Shown: piece after piece, positions 59,095-64,000 of the stretch | Layout: each line of letters begins with the position of its first letter | Position numbering within the stretch: position 1 is the stretch's first letter | Source of the DNA: a virus | Direction: 5' to 3' (one strand) | Length of the DNA stretch: 64,000 bases | IMG/VR virus record: IMGVR_UViG_3300027749_000062 | Coordinates: 1 to 64,000 of that record | Made by a program: the position numbers and the translations under genes | The notes under the pieces: generated by a model | Database searches by the model: none | Seen by the model: the letters and a program-made list of their open reading frames with translations, nothing else | What the model was told of the DNA's origin: nothing

Positions 59095-60519
59095 TTAGTA
59101 TCCTAGTACAAATTTAAATTGCTCGATGCCATCAACGCTTCTTTGAACACCAACACGATTCTCAATATATGTTATATATCCTGAAAATGGAATGAGTGAA
59201 GGTGAAGTTACAGAGAAAACCACCCTCGATGCACCTGAAGATAAACCAATAATTGATTGGCCAACTGTATATGTTCCATTTATATTTATCAACTGTAATA
59301 TATTCGTTGATGTGTTGAAATTTAAGACTGTTCCGTAGTAAATAACATTTCCATTATTATCGAATTGTTGTACAATTTCATCGGCCGTGTAGACATTTCC
59401 TGCACCAGCTGAAACTAGAAATTGGGTTGAAGTGTTATATATTGCACCATTTGCGAGTGCTGGACCAGAGGAACCATATACTTGTGGATTAATAAGAAGT
59501 CCAACTTGGCGATAATTTACACCGGTTGTAGGCAAAACACCATTTTCAGAACCATTGAATTCAACTGAATACATTACATGATTGCAACCCAACTCAGATA
59601 TTGGATCGTATGCATGGCCGCCGACTGGTGAAATAGGAGCTACGGCTGTTGCACCAGAACCTAATGAAGAAATATAACTTAGATTCGCTGAGGTGTATGC
59701 CTTGATTGATACATTTGCATATGTATAATTGTTTCCTGCAAAACCTGTTTTGACAACAATATCATTAATTACACCATTGGTTATCTGTGAACTTGTTATA
59801 TTTGCAACGGTTCCTGTACCATCACCTGTTACGGTAACCACAATATATGTGTTAACTGCATCATATCCTGATCCTCCGTTTGTTACATTTATTACCTCAA
59901 TGTCTCCGCAACCTGCGTTAGTCAGATATGGTTGAGGTGTGTTTGCACCAACAGGGATAGGCATCCAATCAGTATCCAAGAAACTTTTCTTGAGACCTGC
60001 ATCAATTGTATACATGTATTTCCATTTATACAGGTCATTACCTTGATAGATATTATTTGTTCCGTATGAACCTGGTTGAAAATATGGCTCAGAAGTTGAC
60101 AGTCCGCCATTATTATTCGCAAGACATTTGAAAACTTGGTCGTAACGGTTCTTTACATAAAAATTATAAAGTGGAAATCCATTGGCATCTTTTGCATTCA
60201 TGTTTACTGAATCGGAATATGCAAAGAAATTGGTGTTATTTGCCCAATTAATCCTTTGAATAACAGGTGAAATGTTACTGGAGTTAATTAGTTTTGCTCC
60301 AAACATATTTTTAAACACTCTTTTCAGATATGTCTGGTCTTCTGTCGGTTGTGTTGGTGTTTCACTTGAATTCACTATTGGCCATGAATCCTCTTGGCCA
60401 ATAAAAGCATATATGGAATTAATGGTAGCACCATTGAGTTTGACTGTCGGATTGTAATAATCCGTCTCAACTCTGATTACTTTTGCTTGATTTGTGAGTA
60501 TGTTTAGATTTGATGCCAT
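59095..60519 (-). CDS. gp8: Baseplate wedge subunit
   Basis: FYVKN...VFKCLANN.G..ST.EP, YKWKYMYTI, WMPIP, PVGGH..D...ELG, YRQVGLL.NP, SG.I.YIENR. Confidence 0.88.
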   Translation of the reverse strand: MASNLNILTNQAKVIRVETDYYNPTVKLNGATINSIYAFIGQEDSWPIVNSSETPTQPTEDQTYLKRVFKNMFGAKLINSSNISPVIQRINWANNTNFFAYSDSVNMNAKDANGFPLYNFYVKNRYDQVFKCLANNNGGLSTSEPYFQPGSYGTNNIYQGNDLYKWKYMYTIDAGLKKSFLDTDWMPIPVGANTPQPYLTNAGCGDIEVINVTNGGSGYDAVNTYIVVTVTGDGTGTVANITSSQITNGVINDIVVKTGFAGNNYTYANVSIKAYTSANLSYISSLGSGATAVAPISPVGGHAYDPISELGCNHVMYSVEFNGSENGVLPTTGVNYRQVGLLINPQVYGSSGPALANGAIYNTSTQFLVSAGAGNVYTADEIVQQFDNNGNVIYYGTVLNFNTSTNILQLININGTYTVGQSIIGLSSGASRVVFSVTSPSLIPFSGYITYIENRVGVQRSVDGIEQFKFVLGY

Positions 60520-60529
60520 GATTTATTTA

Positions 60530-62188
60530 TTAAGCGTGGGTGACAGAACAGAAAGTATTTTGCACGGTACCATCTATTGACATATATCTAAGAAATACAG
60601 TTGATGTTCCTGGAATATTATATGTTGTTGCATTTAAGGTTGAATTTAATGCTGATACTCCTGTAGTTAATGTTTGGTTTGTTCCAGCAGTGTTTGTTAT
60701 CCATGCAACAACTTCTTTACCTGCCAGTAAATTTGATAGTGTAACAACTAAACCTGTGGACGTTTGAGCCCTAACAACAGAAGTATTTGCATGGTCAATT
60801 GTTATTGCGGTTTGAGCACCAGGATATACTATTGGAGTATAAACAAAACCTTTTTGCGGTTCAACACGGCCTGTAAAAGTTACAGAATCTGCATTAAATA
60901 ACGCGATTCTTTGAATTGTATTTGAACCAACTGGTGTATTATAAAATTCAATACGAGTTCCTCTTGCAGAATCGGTAAAATTTTCAGATGCAACAAAGTC
61001 AATTTTTGTTGGACTGGATCCAGGAAATTGTGTTCCTGTGAAACCATTTCCAACAATTCTCATCATAATGTCATTGTTTGAAGTTGCTGCAGGTGCCGCA
61101 GATGAACCGCGACCCATACGGCCGATTAAAACAGGATAGGTATTTTGACCAAAACTATCTAATACTAAGCGTGTTGTTGTGTTTGCTTTACCGGTAATCT
61201 GCAACATATAATTTGTATTTGATGCTTGATAAGCCGTATTAGCTCCAGTTATCTGTATAAAAGCGGTATTTGGATCAAAAGTTGTGTTGTTGAAATCTAT
61301 TAGTGTTCCGTTAGTTACTAGATTGCCTGTTATATTAATATCTTTAGTGATGTTTGTTGTACGATTGATAACCAAATTTGCAGTTGCTATTGATTGGCCA
61401 ATAATCATATCAACAGTTGTTAATGCTGAATATATTGTATTATTTGCAAGTGCTAAACTACCAATATTACCGGTATTAGCAACAACTGCACCTGTAATAG
61501 TTAAAGAACCTGAAAAAGTGCCTGTTGTATTTGCAAGTGCATTATTTGCTTTAGCAAATGCAGACTGTGAGTATGCATTAGAAGCAGCTGCGGTGTTCTG
61601 AGAAGTTCCATCTGAGAAGAAAATTTGATTTCCATTGACCATCTTGAAACCGGTAGAAGTCATCTTAGCAATAACATTGGATGATGTGCCACCAGAAACC
61701 ATAAATCTAGTTTCTGTATTTGATGTTGTAGTACCAATAATCAAATTACCACCAAGTAATCCTGCTGAACTTCCGCCTTGAACATAAAGATAACCATCTA
61801 ATGGAGCAACAGCAGTACCGATGTTATTGAATTCGGAACCTGGTTGATATGCAGGATTTGCCAAACCTAAATCTAAGAAATATGTAGAATCTGTACCATT
61901 GTTTGCAGTAATAACATGGTCAGCTGTGCCGCCGCCATTCAGGTTAACAAAGTTGGTTTGTACATATGATTCACCGGCCAATGAAAACTGTGCAATCGTA
62001 TTAGGTAAAAGGGTGGTATTGTTACCTACAACCAATGCAGTATTCGCATAAAGACCAGCTGCTAATGTTCCGGCAGAAAACTGGAATGTTTGTGCAGAGG
62101 GTATATCAATACCAACAAACAAAGTGTTTGCTGTGTTTGCATTGATTGTTGAAAATTTAGGTAATTCTGAGATTTTAATTGTTGACAT
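60530..62188 (-). CDS. Baseplate-associated fibre/structural protein with KISELP N-terminus
   Basis: MSTIKISELP; beta-rich; short AN-heptad segment. Confidence 0.6.
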   Translation of the reverse strand: MSTIKISELPKFSTINANTANTLFVGIDIPSAQTFQFSAGTLAAGLYANTALVVGNNTTLLPNTIAQFSLAGESYVQTNFVNLNGGGTADHVITANNGTDSTYFLDLGLANPAYQPGSEFNNIGTAVAPLDGYLYVQGGSSAGLLGGNLIIGTTTSNTETRFMVSGGTSSNVIAKMTSTGFKMVNGNQIFFSDGTSQNTAAASNAYSQSAFAKANNALANTTGTFSGSLTITGAVVANTGNIGSLALANNTIYSALTTVDMIIGQSIATANLVINRTTNITKDINITGNLVTNGTLIDFNNTTFDPNTAFIQITGANTAYQASNTNYMLQITGKANTTTRLVLDSFGQNTYPVLIGRMGRGSSAAPAATSNNDIMMRIVGNGFTGTQFPGSSPTKIDFVASENFTDSARGTRIEFYNTPVGSNTIQRIALFNADSVTFTGRVEPQKGFVYTPIVYPGAQTAITIDHANTSVVRAQTSTGLVVTLSNLLAGKEVVAWITNTAGTNQTLTTGVSALNSTLNATTYNIPGTSTVFLRYMSIDGTVQNTFCSVTHA

Positions 62189-62191
62189 TTT

Positions 62192-64000
62192 TTATCCTAT
62201 TAGAAGCCAAGCGCCTGTTTCTGAAGTTAATATATCACCGGTTTCTGTTCCTAGTTGAGCAAGATACTGTGTTCCGACTGGTCCAATAATTTGAACATTG
62301 TTGTATAGAGAAGTAATACTTCTACCAACAGAAATATATCCGTTTGCACCACTTGTCAATGGACCACTTAAAGTAACAGAAGTATACGGAGAACTGAAAG
62401 ATGTTACTGTCTGAGCTACTCCATTAACTGTAATCGTATCACCAACACGAATAATATCTAATATAGGATACGCCGTATTACTATAGGTACCATTGTTGAC
62501 AATGTTATAACTATATGTCAATGATGTTATATTTATTATCTGGTTATTACCATTGGATGCAGAAGTACCTACAGCCACATTTGCAAAGTATGTCCAAACA
62601 TTGTCTTGTAGTGTTACTGTATTCGCTGCATAGTTTATTTTAGAAACTAAACCATGAACGGAATCATTGATTCCTGTTCCATAAACAAATACGATTTCTG
62701 TGGTATTTGCAGTAAGAAAACTAGCAATATTTGCACCATACAAATTATTGAAAGTAACCATGTTATTACTTGGAGTTGTTGCATTACCTGCCGAAATAGA
62801 TACTGTTGCAGCATTTCCTGCATAGAAACCTAGTGTGTGGCCTGTATCTAATGCATCATTGACAATGAAGTTCATATTGTTGCTTGAACGCATTGCAATT
62901 CGACCAATAACTCTTGTGCCTGATGGATGTAATAGATTCAATAACACATCACGATACTTTTCAATCTCTTTAGATAGTGTTATTTGATAGGTGTAGTTAT
63001 TATAATCCACACTTTGCAATACATCAAAGGCGCTTGGTTGACCTGAAGTGTCCAAATATTGGCCATTTCCAATTACCAAACCATTCAAGAAAGTTGCATT
63101 CGCTTTTGCAAAACCATCACCATATGTAATTATACCATTTGCAGAATCAAATCGTGTATTCTCTACAGAATTATCAAATGTGGTATTATGTATGGATGTA
63201 TAACCAGAAACAAGAGAATAAGCAGCACTCCTAACATCAATTTTCAATGGCAGATTTTTATTAGGTATTGCATTATAGTTATATACTCTCAACTGGTATA
63301 TACTGTTATTTGCAGGAATATAATTTTGTAATGCGTTGATTGAGTCCACAGAAGCAATATATGTGGCAGTATTTACATTTGCACCTTGATAAATTATATC
63401 ACCATTCACTGGTATACTCAATGTCGAAACATTGGAAACAATTAAGTCTTGGACTTTTAATGATACTCTTGGTGCGCTAATATAATCTTGACCGTTTTCT
63501 GTGATATTGAATGATGTAATTGCACCTACACGATTTAATGTTTGTGAAAAAGTTGCACCTGTACCTAAAGTTCCAGGTATCGATAATTGTGCCGTTCCTA
63601 AATAATATGAATTTGCATTTCCATTAATTTTAGAATTTGCAGTAAGTATCATTGATGTTGCATTGACAATAGATTGAACCGTACCAATTACAATATTTGT
63701 ATTTGTTACCAGTAAAGCACCATTACTGAATTGTGCAGTAAAGTTTGTTCCGTTACCTGTAACTGTTGAACTTGTTGTTCTTATTGTTACATTACCATTG
63801 GCTGTACGTTTAACAACAGCAACAGGTAATGAATTCATGTAACCCATGCCACCTAAAGAAATCATATTGGTTAAGTTACTTACATAGTCCGCAGATACAA
63901 TTGAACCAGAACTATTGACAGTTACATTAGCAAAAGCACCATAACCAGATCCACCAATAATTGCAATTTGGTCATTGTTAGCATAACCTGAACCCGGTTT
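62192..64000 (-). CDS. Baseplate wedge protein, gp7-like (5' end outside the window)
   Basis: Frame stays open from 64000 (KPGSGYANNDQ...); LQSVDYNNYTYQI...YRDVLLNLLHPSG motif; upstream of gp8. Confidence 0.75.
   Translation of the reverse strand, partial: KPGSGYANNDQIAIIGGSGYGAFANVTVNSSGSIVSADYVSNLTNMISLGGMGYMNSLPVAVVKRTANGNVTIRTTSSTVTGNGTNFTAQFSNGALLVTNTNIVIGTVQSIVNATSMILTANSKINGNANSYYLGTAQLSIPGTLGTGATFSQTLNRVGAITSFNITENGQDYISAPRVSLKVQDLIVSNVSTLSIPVNGDIIYQGANVNTATYIASVDSINALQNYIPANNSIYQLRVYNYNAIPNKNLPLKIDVRSAAYSLVSGYTSIHNTTFDNSVENTRFDSANGIITYGDGFAKANATFLNGLVIGNGQYLDTSGQPSAFDVLQSVDYNNYTYQITLSKEIEKYRDVLLNLLHPSGTRVIGRIAMRSSNNMNFIVNDALDTGHTLGFYAGNAATVSISAGNATTPSNNMVTFNNLYGANIASFLTANTTEIVFVYGTGINDSVHGLVSKINYAANTVTLQDNVWTYFANVAVGTSASNGNNQIINITSLTYSYNIVNNGTYSNTAYPILDIIRVGDTITVNGVAQTVTSFSSPYTSVTLSGPLTSGANGYISVGRSITSLYNNVQIIGPVGTQYLAQLGTETGDILTSETGAWLLIG

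Noticed and set aside
28-63331. Plus-strand ORFs and short nested minus-strand ORFs in the track
   Set aside because: They are shadows of well-supported minus-strand genes, with no recognisable motifs.
1-64000. tRNA genes or stop-codon reassignment
   Set aside because: No cloverleaf was seen in the short intergenic gaps, and core genes are full length under the standard code.

Overview
This 64-kb window is part of a T4-like myophage genome, probably an uncultured aquatic lineage. All credible genes are on the minus strand. Read in the direction of transcription (right to left), it holds: baseplate genes (gp7-like, partial; gp8); a DUF4815/VrlC-type structural gene split into two ORFs; about 21 kb of fibre and adhesin genes (Ala/Asn heptad repeats, Gly-rich, LamG/SPRY, S74 chaperone); the neck-packaging-tail-head module (gp13-gp23, gp3); uvsY, uvsW, gp55, gp47 and gp46; an accessory island; and gp45, dsbA, gp44, gp62 and regA (partial). 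The island carries a ParB-like ORF, peptide deformylase, DUF4338/DruA-like protein, HTH protein, GT-A glycosyltransferase and DUF5664 dNTP diphosphohydrolase. I also found T4-type late promoters (nATAAATA), two sigma70 promoters, two cUUCGg terminators and two small ORFs missing from the ORF track. The most notable observations are: (1) the split DUF4815 gene, whose first half ends in a Pro/Gly linker, a 'KIICT' Cys domain and a hydrophobic tail, possibly an autoprocessing module; (2) a candidate DNA-modification island between gp45 and gp46; (3) an apparent daisy-chain of reusable docking modules in the fibre cluster. Family assignments come from motif recognition only; no searches were run.
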